DNA of 64,000 bases from an uncultured Gemmatimonadota bacterium (GCA_964490075.1 CAZBBK010000004.1:62001-126000), one strand, 5' to 3'. Shown: positions 1-10,875, counted from the stretch's first letter. Program-made: numbers and translations. Notes: generated by a model from the letters alone, not told the origin.

Positions 1-71
1 ATGTCGGTCTTGAACACGGTGTCGGGGAAGTAGCCACCCAACATGCCGTTGGCTCCGGTGGCGAGAATCAT
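1..71 (-). CDS. N-terminus of an NAD(P)-dependent sugar reductase/epimerase (dTDP-4-dehydrorhamnose reductase-like), partial at window edge
   Basis: Manual translation MILATGANGMLGGYFPDTVFKTD; Rossmann TGxxGxxG motif; same strand as the upstream sugar operon. Confidence 0.6.
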   Translation of the reverse strand, partial: MILATGANGMLGGYFPDTVFKTD

Positions 72-165
72 GCGAAAGCTCCCTGGCGTGGGGAAGAGGT
101 GTCTGGCGGCGCGGGAGTATAGGCGCGCTTCGGCCCCACGATCCAGGAGCCTGTGGCGCGCCGCT

Positions 166-1473
166 TCAGTGGGCCGCCTTGGGGACCGGCACGCGCAGCG
201 CACGACCGGTCGCCAGAGCATCATAAGCTCGAATCAAGACCGCCGCTGACTGCTGCCACGACAGCCGCTCGATGAGGCGCTCTCTGCCGATCCTGCCCAT
301 TCTCGCCCGGCGCGGCTCGTCGTCCAGGAGCTCGATCAGGCGATCGCCGAAATCACCGCAGTCGTTGTCGCGCGCGTATAGGGCGGCCTCGCCGGCCGAT
401 CTCTGGGTTTCGATCAACCCGAAGGAGACGATGGGCTTGGCCATCGCCATGTACTCCAGGATCTTGTTCATCGTCGATACGTTGTTGAGCGGGTTGACCG
501 GATCCGGGGCTACGCAGACGTCGGCCGTGGAAAGCCAACGACGCAGCTCGGCGTCGGGAATGCGGCCGGTGAAAGAGACGACACCCTGGAGATCCAGCTC
601 GACGACCAGGGCCTGGAGATCTTCGATCGAGTCCCCTCCGCCGATCAGCACAAAACGCAGGTCACTCCTGCCACGAACGTGAACCACGTGATGCGCGGAA
701 CGAATCAGGTAGTCCACTCCGTCTTGCGGCGCCATCGTCCCCAGATAGCAGACCAGGTGCGATTGCCCGGCCCGTAACGACTCGTCCGGCGGTTCGGGAC
801 GGAACTCCCTGACGTCGGGAGCACTGCGCACGACGAACACGCGGTCCGGGTCGCACCCCCCCCGCTCGATCGCTGTCTTCCGATACGATTCATTGGTGGC
901 GATGACGACGTCGGAAGTCCGATAGGTCCAACGCTCGAGCAGCTGTAGAGCGCGAAACAGGAACCCGCTCGATCGACCGAATCGGCTGGTGAATGTTTCC
1001 GGGCAAAGATCGTGCTGGTCATAGACGAAGCGGACCCCGAACGGCCGAAAGATCCAGCCGATCATGAAGAACAGATCCGGGGGATTGCAGGCATGGATGG
1101 CATCAAAGCGATCGCGAGCGAAGATGATCAGGGCATAGAGCAGGGTCATCAAGATGGCCCACGGGTACTCCCACAGGTAGCCGAGTGCGCCCTTGGTCGG
1201 CAGCAAGGGCAGAGGATAGCGATAGATCCTCACGCCGCTGTTCACTTCGTAGGTCTTGCGATCCACGACCTTGGGACAGATCACGCTGACCGAATGCCCG
1301 GCCTGCACCAACGAGCGTGCCTCGTTCCAGACCCGGCGATCGAAAGGAACCGAGAGGTTCTCCACCAGAATCAAGACGCGTTTTGGATGCTCGGCGCGGG
1401 GGGGTTCGATGCCTGGTTGCGAGGCAGGCTGTGTCGAGCTTGCAGTGCTTCTAGTTGAGGTATCCAAGGGCAC
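166..1473 (-). CDS. Glycosyltransferase family 4
   Basis: RVLILVENLSVPFDRRVW, IHACNPPD, YDQHDLCPE, NKILEYMAMAKPIV; start uncertain (about 1400-1473). Confidence 0.9.
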   Translation of the reverse strand: MPLDTSTRSTASSTQPASQPGIEPPRAEHPKRVLILVENLSVPFDRRVWNEARSLVQAGHSVSVICPKVVDRKTYEVNSGVRIYRYPLPLLPTKGALGYLWEYPWAILMTLLYALIIFARDRFDAIHACNPPDLFFMIGWIFRPFGVRFVYDQHDLCPETFTSRFGRSSGFLFRALQLLERWTYRTSDVVIATNESYRKTAIERGGCDPDRVFVVRSAPDVREFRPEPPDESLRAGQSHLVCYLGTMAPQDGVDYLIRSAHHVVHVRGRSDLRFVLIGGGDSIEDLQALVVELDLQGVVSFTGRIPDAELRRWLSTADVCVAPDPVNPLNNVSTMNKILEYMAMAKPIVSFGLIETQRSAGEAALYARDNDCGDFGDRLIELLDDEPRRARMGRIGRERLIERLSWQQSAAVLIRAYDALATGRALRVPVPKAAH

Positions 1474-3664
1474 GGATCGCCTCCAGGGATCGGCGCTCGG
1501 CATCGTCCGTCTCGCCACCGGCGAGTTGCGGCAGGGGAGACGGTTGGCGACGCCGGCGGATCGGCCGCCTTTGCATGCCATCGGCACGCAGCAAGATTTC
1601 GAGACCTTCGACACGATGCGCCGGCTCCAGCGGCAGATCCAGCAAGTGCAGAATCAACGGAGCGATGTCTCGCGTCGAAACGCCCCGGACATGCCCCGTC
1701 CGCAGCCCCGGAGCGAGTGCCGCGAACACACCCTCCTGGCCGAGCTCGCGCCGCAGGGCGGGCAAGGGGCGCCCGTGAAGGCCGCGAATACCGCGGTCGA
1801 TCACGTAGTGACGAAGAGACCTGGCCCGGCCACCGAATCCGCGCACCTGGGCGGTGTCCAGCTCCGCCAGGGTCAGCTCGACGGGACCGAACAGTTCCAG
1901 CCGCTTCGCCGCGGCGTCAACGCGGCACGAGCGAAAGAGCGGACGGCCGTCGCGAAGAGCGAGCGAAGTCAACTTGTCGCTTGCCGCCTGTGGTGCAGCG
2001 GCGGGCGCGTCGTCCCGGCACTGCAGAACCGCGCCCTTGGGGGAGTCGGCTTGAAACCAGTGCCCCGCCGCATCGCTCAGCCCCAGGTCGTCGAAGAGCC
2101 GCTCCCAGCGAATCGTGAGGACCTGCGAAACCACCGGCACGGGAAGGTGCTCCGGCAGAGGCTCGATGCCGTGATCCGAAACGACCACCGGGGCGAACCC
2201 TCGCGCATGCAGCTCGGCGATGAAACGATCTACCCTGCCGATCAACGCCAGCAGACGGGCAACGGCGTCTGGCGTGGGCGCGGAGTTCGTGCCCGCGATC
2301 GCTGCAATCGAGTCGGCCAGACGATGCCCGAGGCCGTCGGGGAAGTAGAAGACGTGCGAGTAGAAGTTGACGCTCGGATCACGCGCCAGGATTTCGTCCG
2401 CCAGACCGCGACCGACCTCGATCTCCGCCTCGGCGGTCGCCAGGTAGTGCTCCACTTCATCCTCCGACGCGGTGGCTGGCGGCTCGGCACGCGCCGCCAT
2501 TGCTCGGGCGAGCGCGAGCAGATCCGGATCGTTGGATCCCACCGGCGTCCGCCAGCCTTCCTGCCAACCGCTGAGGACCGCCGCCGGCGATCCATCGGCG
2601 GGAAGCGTGAAAAGCCAGCGCAAAGCGACCGAAGGACGGCCCGCTTGCGCCGCGATCTCCCAGATCCGAGGGGCGCGCACGCTGAGCGCTCCGGTCGGAA
2701 TCAACCGGTACGATTCGCCCACGCGAGGTGCAATAGCATTCAGGATCGGCGGAGCGACGAAGTTCCCCAGCCAGCGTCCCGGGATCGAGCAGACGCGTGC
2801 GCTGCGGCCCTCGAGCGCCGCGCAGGCGAGCTCCGCGCGCAGCAGCGATCGCGACGCCACGAAGGGCCAAGTGTCGGGAGCGACCGGCAGGAGCGTACCG
2901 TCGGAGTAGGCCCGCTGCACGAAATCGTCCACGCCGTGCTCCGACTTGGAGAGCCCGGTGGCGATCGTCGTCCACGAAGGGGGCGAGAAGGGATCCTCGG
3001 CCCGCAGAGGCCCCCAGGTGCCGGCGGCGCGCATGCGGTCGAGCTGCGGCGTCAATCCGCGTGCCGACGCCAGGTCGAGCAGCTCCCAGTCGGCGCCGTC
3101 GAGCCCGATCAGGGCGACGCGGAGGGGGGTGTTCGAAGCGGCGGCGGCGGCGAGAAGTGATGCTGAGTCGCGCGGCTCCGCGACCTGCAGCTTCAATGTG
3201 TCCCAGTACATAAGGAAAAGACCGAGCAGAGGCGCGACACAGGCGAGCACGAGTGGAACGCGCCTGCGAGCAGCGGGGCCGCCAGCCACCCAAACGCGCA
3301 GGGCGGGCGCCGCGACCTCGGCGAGCAGCAACCATCCCAGCGCCACGGGGGCCACGATTGACATAGGCGAAGGCTGCTCGGCACGCGCAATCGATTCGAG
3401 CCCCAGGACCGCGGCCAGCAGCGCGGCGACCAGCGCCAGCAGCCGCCCCACCACCTCGATTCCCTGCCCGGCCGATCTCTCAGGAGCGCGCCCGAACGCC
3501 ACCACCGCAGCCGCCAGCAACGCTCCGAGGAACGCACCGCCGATCCCAGACAACGCCACCGCCTCTTTCGCGCCGGCGTCTGCGACGACCGCGACCGCCG
3601 CCAAGGCTCCGCAGGCGAGCCCCAGGCGGGGAGCCAGCATCACCAGAGCGTGGATCGAACCCAC
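1451..3664 (-). CDS. Membrane-anchored alkaline phosphatase / nucleotide pyrophosphatase superfamily protein
   Basis: N-terminal hydrophobic helices; LIGLDGADW, SPPSWTTIATG, DGLGH, VVSDHG; C-terminal IRALGYL. Confidence 0.8.
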   Translation of the reverse strand: MGSIHALVMLAPRLGLACGALAAVAVVADAGAKEAVALSGIGGAFLGALLAAAVVAFGRAPERSAGQGIEVVGRLLALVAALLAAVLGLESIARAEQPSPMSIVAPVALGWLLLAEVAAPALRVWVAGGPAARRRVPLVLACVAPLLGLFLMYWDTLKLQVAEPRDSASLLAAAAASNTPLRVALIGLDGADWELLDLASARGLTPQLDRMRAAGTWGPLRAEDPFSPPSWTTIATGLSKSEHGVDDFVQRAYSDGTLLPVAPDTWPFVASRSLLRAELACAALEGRSARVCSIPGRWLGNFVAPPILNAIAPRVGESYRLIPTGALSVRAPRIWEIAAQAGRPSVALRWLFTLPADGSPAAVLSGWQEGWRTPVGSNDPDLLALARAMAARAEPPATASEDEVEHYLATAEAEIEVGRGLADEILARDPSVNFYSHVFYFPDGLGHRLADSIAAIAGTNSAPTPDAVARLLALIGRVDRFIAELHARGFAPVVVSDHGIEPLPEHLPVPVVSQVLTIRWERLFDDLGLSDAAGHWFQADSPKGAVLQCRDDAPAAAPQAASDKLTSLALRDGRPLFRSCRVDAAAKRLELFGPVELTLAELDTAQVRGFGGRARSLRHYVIDRGIRGLHGRPLPALRRELGQEGVFAALAPGLRTGHVRGVSTRDIAPLILHLLDLPLEPAHRVEGLEILLRADGMQRRPIRRRRQPSPLPQLAGGETDDAERRSLEAIRALGYLN

Positions 3665-3681
3665 AATCGCTTCGCCGGCGC

Positions 3682-4998
3682 TCAGGGTGCCGCGAGGGCG
3701 GACTGTTCCACGAAGGCGTCGGCAGGAAAGGTCCCGCCCAGATCGATGATCTCGCGCGGCCCCTCGATCGCCAACAGATCGGGCAGCGTTGTCAGTGCGT
3801 CGGATGCCGACCCGACCACCAACACCTCTGCGAACTCGACCGCCTCCTGGAGGCTGTCGACGAGCAGCGACGAAATATGCGGGATCTTCTCTTCCAGATA
3901 GGCCTTATTGGCCCCGACCAGCCGCGACAGACGCACGCCCTCGTCGAAGATCCGGAGCTGGCGCCCCTTCCCGATCAATGTCTCGGCCAGGCGAAGCATG
4001 GGGCTTTCGCGAAGATCGTCGGTGCCGCCCTTGAACGCTAGCCCGAGCAACGCGATCCGCTTGCCCTCGTGCTTCAGCACCTGGCGCAGCGCTCGCCCGA
4101 GATGGGCCTCGTTGGACGGCAGAATCGAACCGACCAGAGGGGTATCGAGATCGAGACGGTTGGCTCGATAAGCGATGGCGCGCAGGTCTTTCGGCAGACA
4201 AGAACCGCCGAAGGCGAAGCCCGGCCGCAGATAGGCTCGGGAAATGTTGAGCTTGGTGTCGCGTGCCACCAAGTCCATCACCAGGCGGCCGTCGATCTCT
4301 TGGCTGTTGCAGATCTCTCCGATCTCGTTCGCGAAAGCGACCTTGAGGGCGTGAAAAGCGTTGCTGGCGTACTTCACCATCTCGGCCGCGCCCAGGGGGA
4401 TTCGATAGAGCGGCGCCTCGATGTGCTGATACAGCTCCGCCACGACATCGCCAGCGGCCCGATCCGATTCGCCGATGATCGTGAAGGGGGGTTGGTGGAA
4501 GTCGCCCACCGCCGTGCCTTCGCGCAGGAACTCGGGATTGACGCAGAGCCCGAAGTCGCGGCCTGCCTGCTTGCCCGAGCGCAGCTCCAGAATCTCCCGC
4601 ACGCCGTCGATGGTGCCGGGCAGAGAGGTCGAACGGAGAATCACCACGTGGTAGCCGGGGCACATCCGCAAGCCAGCCCCGATCGACTCCATGGTGCGGG
4701 CGATCGCCTCGGTATCGAGCGACCCGTTCTCGCGCGAGGGCGTGCCGACGCAGACCATGGAGCAGTCGGCCATGGCGACCGCGTCCGCGCCGTCGGTGGT
4801 GGCGTGCACCGCACCCATGGCGACGGATTCGCGGATCATCTCGGCCACCCCCTGCTCGACCACCGGCGAGACGCCGGAGTTGACCAGGTCGACCTTGAGC
4901 TGGTTGACGTCGACGCCCACGACTTCGTGGCCGGCCTCCGCCAGGCATGCCGTGGAAACGGTCCCCACATAGCCGAGCCCGAATATGGCGATTCTCAT
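3682..4998 (-). CDS. UDP-glucose/GDP-mannose dehydrogenase family protein (GDP-mannose 6-dehydrogenase-like)
   Basis: MRIAIFGLGYVG, CVGTPS, NPEFLREG, FGGSCLPKD, GLAFKGGTDDLRESP. Confidence 0.95.
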   Translation of the reverse strand: MRIAIFGLGYVGTVSTACLAEAGHEVVGVDVNQLKVDLVNSGVSPVVEQGVAEMIRESVAMGAVHATTDGADAVAMADCSMVCVGTPSRENGSLDTEAIARTMESIGAGLRMCPGYHVVILRSTSLPGTIDGVREILELRSGKQAGRDFGLCVNPEFLREGTAVGDFHQPPFTIIGESDRAAGDVVAELYQHIEAPLYRIPLGAAEMVKYASNAFHALKVAFANEIGEICNSQEIDGRLVMDLVARDTKLNISRAYLRPGFAFGGSCLPKDLRAIAYRANRLDLDTPLVGSILPSNEAHLGRALRQVLKHEGKRIALLGLAFKGGTDDLRESPMLRLAETLIGKGRQLRIFDEGVRLSRLVGANKAYLEEKIPHISSLLVDSLQEAVEFAEVLVVGSASDALTTLPDLLAIEGPREIIDLGGTFPADAFVEQSALAAP

Positions 4999-5041
4999 GG
5001 TGGCGCTACTCCGTAGATCCAGAGCGTCGGGCCGGCGCGCG

Positions 5042-7456
5042 TCAGCTTTTTCGGGCGCCAATCCGACATGCTTTCGAAGCTGTTGGCTGAGCTCCTATTG
5101 GGGATTCGGCCGATTGCCCGCCGGGTTGAGCGGGCGATGAGGGATACCCGTCGGCGGCCGCGCGCGAGGCCAGGGCACGCAGCCGGGCGGCGCCCCCGTC
5201 GCGCGGCTGCAACAGCGACGCCGCGACACCGTCGAAGCGCATCGGACCCAGCCGCAGTTCCACCCCGGCGGACCCGGATGGGGAGAGCGCGATCCAATGG
5301 GTGCCGGCTTCGTCGTCGACCCGTAGACCGACCGCGTCGTCCTCGCGAACGCCCTCGTCGTTCACGACCGGCCGCCACTCCGCCCCCCGAGCTGCAGCGC
5401 TGCCCGATGGACCGGAAGCCGCCGTGGCGAGGTAGAGGTCGATCCGGGCCCGAGCGCGGATGCGCCCCTGTAGTCGCACCACCGGTGCCGCGACGCGCTC
5501 GCCGAAGCGCTCGGAGATCCATCCGGCGGGCGGATGGTCTTCTCCCGTCAGCACAACGACGGTGGCCGCGAAATCGGCGCCCAGCAACAGATCGAGGCAG
5601 GTTCCGGAGGGCGTCCTGGCGCTCAGCGCCAGCCCTTCGGGCGGAACGCTGTGGAGGTCGCTCACCGTCACCGTGCCCGGTGGGAGCGGCAATGCGAGGC
5701 TGAGCTGGTGATCACCCGCGCAGTCCACGAGATCCTGGATCAGGAAGCGCCCATCGCCCAGGTGCAGCACTCTGCGCCTGTGCAGCACCGGATCGGCCAG
5801 GCGCTGGTAGCCGTCGTGACGGGCCGAGACGAGCTCGAGCGCTCCGCCGAGGTGGCACTCGGTGATCCCGCTTCGAGCGCGCCCGTGCCAGAGGAAGGGG
5901 CCCGCCATCCGGCTCTGGTCGACGCCGTCGATCTCGATCGTCGCGTGGGCGGCGGTGGACCGGAAGTGGTCGCGCCAGCGTCCTCCCGAGTGGTAGCGGT
6001 AGGTGCCGGGATCGACGATGAGGGGGGCCTCTGCCGCGCTCAGAGCGATCGCCAGCGCATCGGCGTGCGCGTGGGCATCGAGCGGCGCGAGGCCGTGCGG
6101 TCCCGCGTCGAGGAGCAAGCTGCGCCGGGGAGAGCCGCCTCGGAGCACGATCCAGCCGGCGTCGGGGCTGACCGACGAGGCCCGAGGAGGGGTGCTGGGC
6201 GCCGGCTCGAGGCCGGGGGGATTCAGCAGCCACCGAGCGGTCGGCAGGACCGCAGCGCGGAGCTGCGGGGGCAGGAGCTCGGGCCGCCCGATCGCCAAGG
6301 CCGCGGCCTGAGCGGTCTCCGCCAGGGTCGAACGCGGGGAGGCCGCGAGCCCGTGGACCAATCCGTCGTCCGAATCTCCGGGCTCCAGGGCGTGCGTCCC
6401 CTCCAGGATCAGCTCGCCGAGGAAGCGCGCGGAGTGCGCCAGGTGCCGCTCCAGAAAGCGCGGGACCGGCCGGCCGCCGCGCCGCAGCGCCAACAGGGCC
6501 TGCAGCACGAAACCGGTCGCGAAGGCCTGGTAGTGAGGCGCCTGCTCGCGCCCCGAGCCGTCCGGCGCGAACTGTCGTCGCAGCTCCCGCCGGAGCACCG
6601 AGAGGCCGCGCGTGACCCAACGCTCCGCGCGGCGAAGCTCAGGCAGACGGGATCCCAAGATGATGAGCCCGGCCGCCTCGCCGATGGCGTGGTTGTTGGC
6701 CGACGAACCGCACGAGATCGAACGCGCGATCGCGGCGCCGTGGTGGGCCGCGCAGATCGTGAGACGCGCGCCCAATCGCGCCGATATGGCGCCGGATCCA
6801 GCGACCAGATCGGCGGCGTGCAGCATGGCGATCATCCGGATCGCCAGCTCGAGGGGGGACTGCCAGGCGATGCCGGTCTCGGGCGGGTTGGCGTCGAGCC
6901 AGGCGCGCAGCGTGGCAGCCACGGCATCGGCGTGGCGGCGCTCTCTCGACTCCCGGTAGGCGCGCCCCAGAAGGGCGAGCTGAGGAAGGCGGTGGAGCTC
7001 CCAGATGAAGCGAACGCCGCCGCCAGACGGGTCGCGGTGATTCAGGGTGGGAGCGAAAGCCCGCGGCCAAACTCCCGTGCCGAGTGGATCGGAGTGCCAG
7101 TCCTGGCGCCGGTGAATCGCCACGGAGGCCAGAGAGAAGAGCGGGCACCATCCGCGAAGCGCGGCACCGGCGACCCGCAGCAGCGCCGCGCGATCCGCGT
7201 GATCGTCTCGCCGGGGATCGGGCAGTGGATCGGCGAGCAGGAAACCGCCGCTGTCCCAGCAGGGCTCGGAGCACCCGCGGCGCAGCAGGCGACGATTGCC
7301 GCGCCGGGAGGGGTCGTAGTCGACCGGGAGCAGCCCGAGAGCCCACAGTCGGCCGCGGATGCGGTCGCGCACCCCGCGGATCGACCGAGTGGCGACCTCG
7401 GCGGGAGACATCACCGCGAGACGCCGCATGCGCCAGCGCAGCTCCGCGGCGCTCAT
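5042..7456 (-). CDS. Heparinase II/III family protein (polysaccharide-cluster associated)
   Basis: RFIWELHR, WLDANPP, SANNH, EQAPHY, HAHADAL, VDPGTYRY, FRSTAAH. Confidence 0.85.
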   Translation of the reverse strand: MSAAELRWRMRRLAVMSPAEVATRSIRGVRDRIRGRLWALGLLPVDYDPSRRGNRRLLRRGCSEPCWDSGGFLLADPLPDPRRDDHADRAALLRVAGAALRGWCPLFSLASVAIHRRQDWHSDPLGTGVWPRAFAPTLNHRDPSGGGVRFIWELHRLPQLALLGRAYRESRERRHADAVAATLRAWLDANPPETGIAWQSPLELAIRMIAMLHAADLVAGSGAISARLGARLTICAAHHGAAIARSISCGSSANNHAIGEAAGLIILGSRLPELRRAERWVTRGLSVLRRELRRQFAPDGSGREQAPHYQAFATGFVLQALLALRRGGRPVPRFLERHLAHSARFLGELILEGTHALEPGDSDDGLVHGLAASPRSTLAETAQAAALAIGRPELLPPQLRAAVLPTARWLLNPPGLEPAPSTPPRASSVSPDAGWIVLRGGSPRRSLLLDAGPHGLAPLDAHAHADALAIALSAAEAPLIVDPGTYRYHSGGRWRDHFRSTAAHATIEIDGVDQSRMAGPFLWHGRARSGITECHLGGALELVSARHDGYQRLADPVLHRRRVLHLGDGRFLIQDLVDCAGDHQLSLALPLPPGTVTVSDLHSVPPEGLALSARTPSGTCLDLLLGADFAATVVVLTGEDHPPAGWISERFGERVAAPVVRLQGRIRARARIDLYLATAASGPSGSAAARGAEWRPVVNDEGVREDDAVGLRVDDEAGTHWIALSPSGSAGVELRLGPMRFDGVAASLLQPRDGGAARLRALASRAAADGYPSSPAQPGGQSAESPIGAQPTASKACRIGARKS

Positions 7457-8730
7457 GGTGTGACAGTCCCTGCTCCCGGAGAGTCGAGCGCGACGCTCGC
7501 GGCAGCGCCTTCCCCGCGGGGCGGGACCGTGGCAGGACCGTGGCGGTGGCGGCGCAGCACCGCGAGCGCCAGGCGCTGCTCGCGCAGCGGCAGAGCGATG
7601 CCCTGTCGGGCGAGAACCTCGGTGTAGATCTCACGCAGCCGCAGGGCCACCGCGGCGGGGGCGTGGACCGCACCGCGCGCCCGGGCCGCCCGGGAGTAGC
7701 GAAGCCGGCGCTGGCTGTCGCCCAGCAGCTCGGTGACACAGGAGGCCAGCGCGGGCGAATCCCCCGCCGTGAAGAGGTGGCCGACCTCGCCCTCGACGAC
7801 CAGATCGGGAATCCCGCCGACCCGGGACGCCACGACCGGTGTTCCCGCCGCGAGCGCCTGGGTGATCGCGATGGGAGCCGAATCCTCGAGGGAGGTGAGC
7901 ACGAAGAGATCGGCGCGACGGTACTCCTCACGCAGCGACCGCTCGTCGATCCGACCAGTGAACACCACCCGCCCCTCGACCCCCAGCTGCCGCGCCAGGT
8001 GACGGAGGCTCTCCAGGTAGCCGGCGTTGTCGACCGCCCCGGCGATCCGCAGGTGCATTCGTTCGGGCAGCAGCGGCAGCGCCCGGATCAGTGTCGCCAG
8101 GTCCTTGCGCGGCGTAATCAGGCCGACGAAGAGCAACCGACCCGGCTCGGGATCGTCGCCGAGCTGGCACCAATCGGGATCGATCGGATTCGGCGCCCAG
8201 TGGAGCTTGGCCTCGCTGTCGCGGCGCACCGCGTCGGCCACGTGACGGCTCATGACGATCGCGTCGAGAGCGCCACCGAGCACCTCGACCTCGACCCGCC
8301 GCCACAGCGCCGCCCGGATCTTGCGGGCCACCCAGGATCCCTCGAGGAGGCGATTCTGCGCCTGCAACAACCCGTGTACCGACACCACCGCCGGCAGCCC
8401 GCTGCGCAGTGCCGCCAGCGCATGCCCTTCTTGGCTGTGAGCGTGGACGAGCTGCGGTCGAATCCGGTCGATCAGTGAACGCAGCGCAGCAACATCGACG
8501 GTGGAGGCGCGCACGCTGGCTGGAAGCGTCGCCACCTTGGCCTCGTGCACTGTCACACCCTGGTCGACGCGAATCCTGCTGCCCGCGAAGCGCGGCGATG
8601 TCGTCGCCACATGAACGTCCAGATCGTCGTGGGCGGCGAGTGCCCGGGCGGTCGCCTGCGTGACTGCCTGCACGCCTCCGCGACAGATCTCGGTCGGATA
8701 GTCGCCGGTGATGAGGATTCGCGCACGCAT
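7453..8730 (-). CDS. Glycosyltransferase family 4
   Basis: GGVQ, LFVGLITPRK, LFVLTSLED, ALAAGTPVVASRVGGIPD; TGATG overlap with the upstream gene. Confidence 0.9.
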   Translation of the reverse strand: MRARILITGDYPTEICRGGVQAVTQATARALAAHDDLDVHVATTSPRFAGSRIRVDQGVTVHEAKVATLPASVRASTVDVAALRSLIDRIRPQLVHAHSQEGHALAALRSGLPAVVSVHGLLQAQNRLLEGSWVARKIRAALWRRVEVEVLGGALDAIVMSRHVADAVRRDSEAKLHWAPNPIDPDWCQLGDDPEPGRLLFVGLITPRKDLATLIRALPLLPERMHLRIAGAVDNAGYLESLRHLARQLGVEGRVVFTGRIDERSLREEYRRADLFVLTSLEDSAPIAITQALAAGTPVVASRVGGIPDLVVEGEVGHLFTAGDSPALASCVTELLGDSQRRLRYSRAARARGAVHAPAAVALRLREIYTEVLARQGIALPLREQRLALAVLRRHRHGPATVPPRGEGAAASVALDSPGAGTVTP

Positions 8731-9686
8731 CAGCCGGCCGCCGAGCCCACCTCCGCCAGGCAGTCCCGCGCCCATGCGACGGTCGGGGGAATTCCGCCGT
8801 CGAGCGACGCATCGACGGCGATGCCGAGACTTGTCAGACGGGTCGCGTCGCCGCGCCAGTGCTGCGGATCGCCGGGGCGAGTCGCCCCGGTGAATCGGAA
8901 GCGCGGATTCAATCCCAGACAGCGAGCGATGGTCCGGCCAAGCTGTGCGGTGGTCACCGCACGGCCGGTCGCGACATTGTAGGTTTCGCCGGAGAGGGGA
9001 GCGGATTGGGCCACCTCGACGAATGCCCGCGCCACGTCGCCCACGTAGACCAGGTCTCGAGACTGGGTGCCGTCGCCGAGTATCTCCACCTCGCCGGGAT
9101 CGGCCAGGGTTTTGCGGATCAGGTCGAACACCACCTGTTTGCGCTGCCGCGGACCGTAGACCGAGAACAGACGCAGCGATGCCGCACGGATGCCGTAGAG
9201 ATTTGCGAACACGCTGAGATAGCGCTCGGCGGCGAGCTTGGACACACCGTAGGGGCTAATGGGGTCAGAAGGAGTGTCATCGCGGATCGGCATCTCGGAG
9301 GGATCGCCGTAGACCGCCGCCGAGGAGGCGAGCACGAATGGCGGAGGAGCATCGAGCTCGCGCAGGCGCAGCAGCAGCCGCAGAGGCAGCACCAGATTCG
9401 CATCGAAGTCCATCGCTGGATCTTCGACCGAGGGCGGTACATAGGCGCTGCCCGCGAGATGCAGCACTGCCGCGAATCGGCGTTCACCCAGGAGCTCCAG
9501 CACCCGGTCGCTGGCGGCGTCGTCGACGATCAGCTCCACGCCCTCGCGCTTCCCCGGATCGCTGTAGCGGGACGAGAGATCGTCCACCACCACGCAACGC
9601 TCTCCGCGAGCCAGCAACAAGTCGACGATGTGGCTGCCGATGAACCCGGCGCCTCCGAGTACCAGCCACGCATCAGGAGACGGCAT
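8730..9686 (-). CDS. NAD-dependent epimerase/dehydratase (UDP-glucose 4-epimerase-like)
   Basis: GGAGFIGSH, ASSAAVYG, YGVSK (YxxxK), VYGPRQ, GDGTQSRDLVYV. Confidence 0.92.
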   Translation of the reverse strand: MPSPDAWLVLGGAGFIGSHIVDLLLARGERCVVVDDLSSRYSDPGKREGVELIVDDAASDRVLELLGERRFAAVLHLAGSAYVPPSVEDPAMDFDANLVLPLRLLLRLRELDAPPPFVLASSAAVYGDPSEMPIRDDTPSDPISPYGVSKLAAERYLSVFANLYGIRAASLRLFSVYGPRQRKQVVFDLIRKTLADPGEVEILGDGTQSRDLVYVGDVARAFVEVAQSAPLSGETYNVATGRAVTTAQLGRTIARCLGLNPRFRFTGATRPGDPQHWRGDATRLTSLGIAVDASLDGGIPPTVAWARDCLAEVGSAAG

Positions 9687-10875
9687 GGACCCTCCCGGCG
9701 AATCGCGCGCGCCCCGGCGCGCACTCCAGATCGCGCCACAGGGCGCGTCCAATCAACCTGCGACAGATTCTCTCGTAGCGGTCGACCAGGGCCGCGGCGC
9801 TGAAATGCTGGATCACCTGGCGGCGCGCCCGCGCGCCGATCTCGGCCGCCAAGGCAGAATCGCTGGTCAACGCCCCGACCGCTTCGCGCAGGGCGCGCGG
9901 ATCGTGCGCCAGGAGTCCGGCCCCACCCTCGGCGATCGCTCTTCGTGGATCCGGACCCATCGACACCACCGGAATGCCTCGCACCCACGCCTCGAGGAAG
10001 GTGTTGGCGAACCCCTCGGAACGAGAGGTACAGACCAGGAGATCGGCCTCGTCGAATATCTCGGCCATCCGCTTCGGCGCCACCTGTCCGAGTACTTCGA
10101 GATTGGGAAGCTCCTTGGCACGGTCCGCCAGCCAATTCAGCAGTCCCGGAAAGCGCGGATCGGCGCCGCCGGCGAGGCTGAAGTCGACATCGGGCAACGA
10201 TGCAGCGAGATCCAGAATCAGCTCGGGGCGCTTCCAGGGACGCAGCGTTCCGGCCCACAGCGCGCGCGGCCGCTCGTTGCGAATGGCCCGGGGGCGGCGC
10301 ACCCCGGTGTCTGGCTCGATGCCGTTCGACACCACGATCGAGTCGAGCCCGGTGGAGTCGCGCAGCAGTTCCGCCTGCGCCTCGGTCTGGGTCACGATCT
10401 GATCGACCTGGCGCAGCCCGCGACGATAGAGCCAGCGGTCGCGCACGTTCAGGAAGCCGCGCAGATGCCCGGTCGCCTCGCGGTCGTGAGAGAGGGCCAG
10501 CAACGAAGCCGCTCCCCGGCGGCGCGCATGGCGGGCAATCACCGACGACCAGATCGAAGCGGTGCGGGTCAAGTAGAGGTCGGCAGGGGCGTCGCGCAGA
10601 GCTTGCCGAACCGAGCGCCAGCGCGGCCAGACGAAGCGCACGATCGGCAGGCCCGCCGATGGGGAAAAGGTCGCACGCACCGCGATCGAGGACCGCCCCT
10701 CGACCCGCGCTCCCTGCCCATGATCCTCGGTCAGGAAAATGACCTGCCATCCTCTGCGGGCCAGTCCCTCGGCGATCCTGACCTCCTGGGTCTCGGCACC
10801 GCCCACGAACTGGGGTCCGGCATCGCACAGGTATGGCAATGCGTTGAGCGACAGGAAGCAGAGTCTTCCGTTCAC
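9673..10875 (-). CDS. Glycosyltransferase family 4
   Basis: VGGAETQ, GTLRPWKRP, TSRSEGFANTFLEAW; GTG start at 10875 inferred. Confidence 0.88.
   Translation of the reverse strand: MNGRLCFLSLNALPYLCDAGPQFVGGAETQEVRIAEGLARRGWQVIFLTEDHGQGARVEGRSSIAVRATFSPSAGLPIVRFVWPRWRSVRQALRDAPADLYLTRTASIWSSVIARHARRRGAASLLALSHDREATGHLRGFLNVRDRWLYRRGLRQVDQIVTQTEAQAELLRDSTGLDSIVVSNGIEPDTGVRRPRAIRNERPRALWAGTLRPWKRPELILDLAASLPDVDFSLAGGADPRFPGLLNWLADRAKELPNLEVLGQVAPKRMAEIFDEADLLVCTSRSEGFANTFLEAWVRGIPVVSMGPDPRRAIAEGGAGLLAHDPRALREAVGALTSDSALAAEIGARARRQVIQHFSAAALVDRYERICRRLIGRALWRDLECAPGRARFAGRVHAVS

Noticed and set aside
3682-7456. GDP-mannose dehydrogenase-like gene plus lyase-like gene as an alginate operon
   Set aside because: The context is GT4/epimerase/heparinase II-III, typical of generic EPS or capsule clusters; no Alg8, Alg44, AlgK or AlgE
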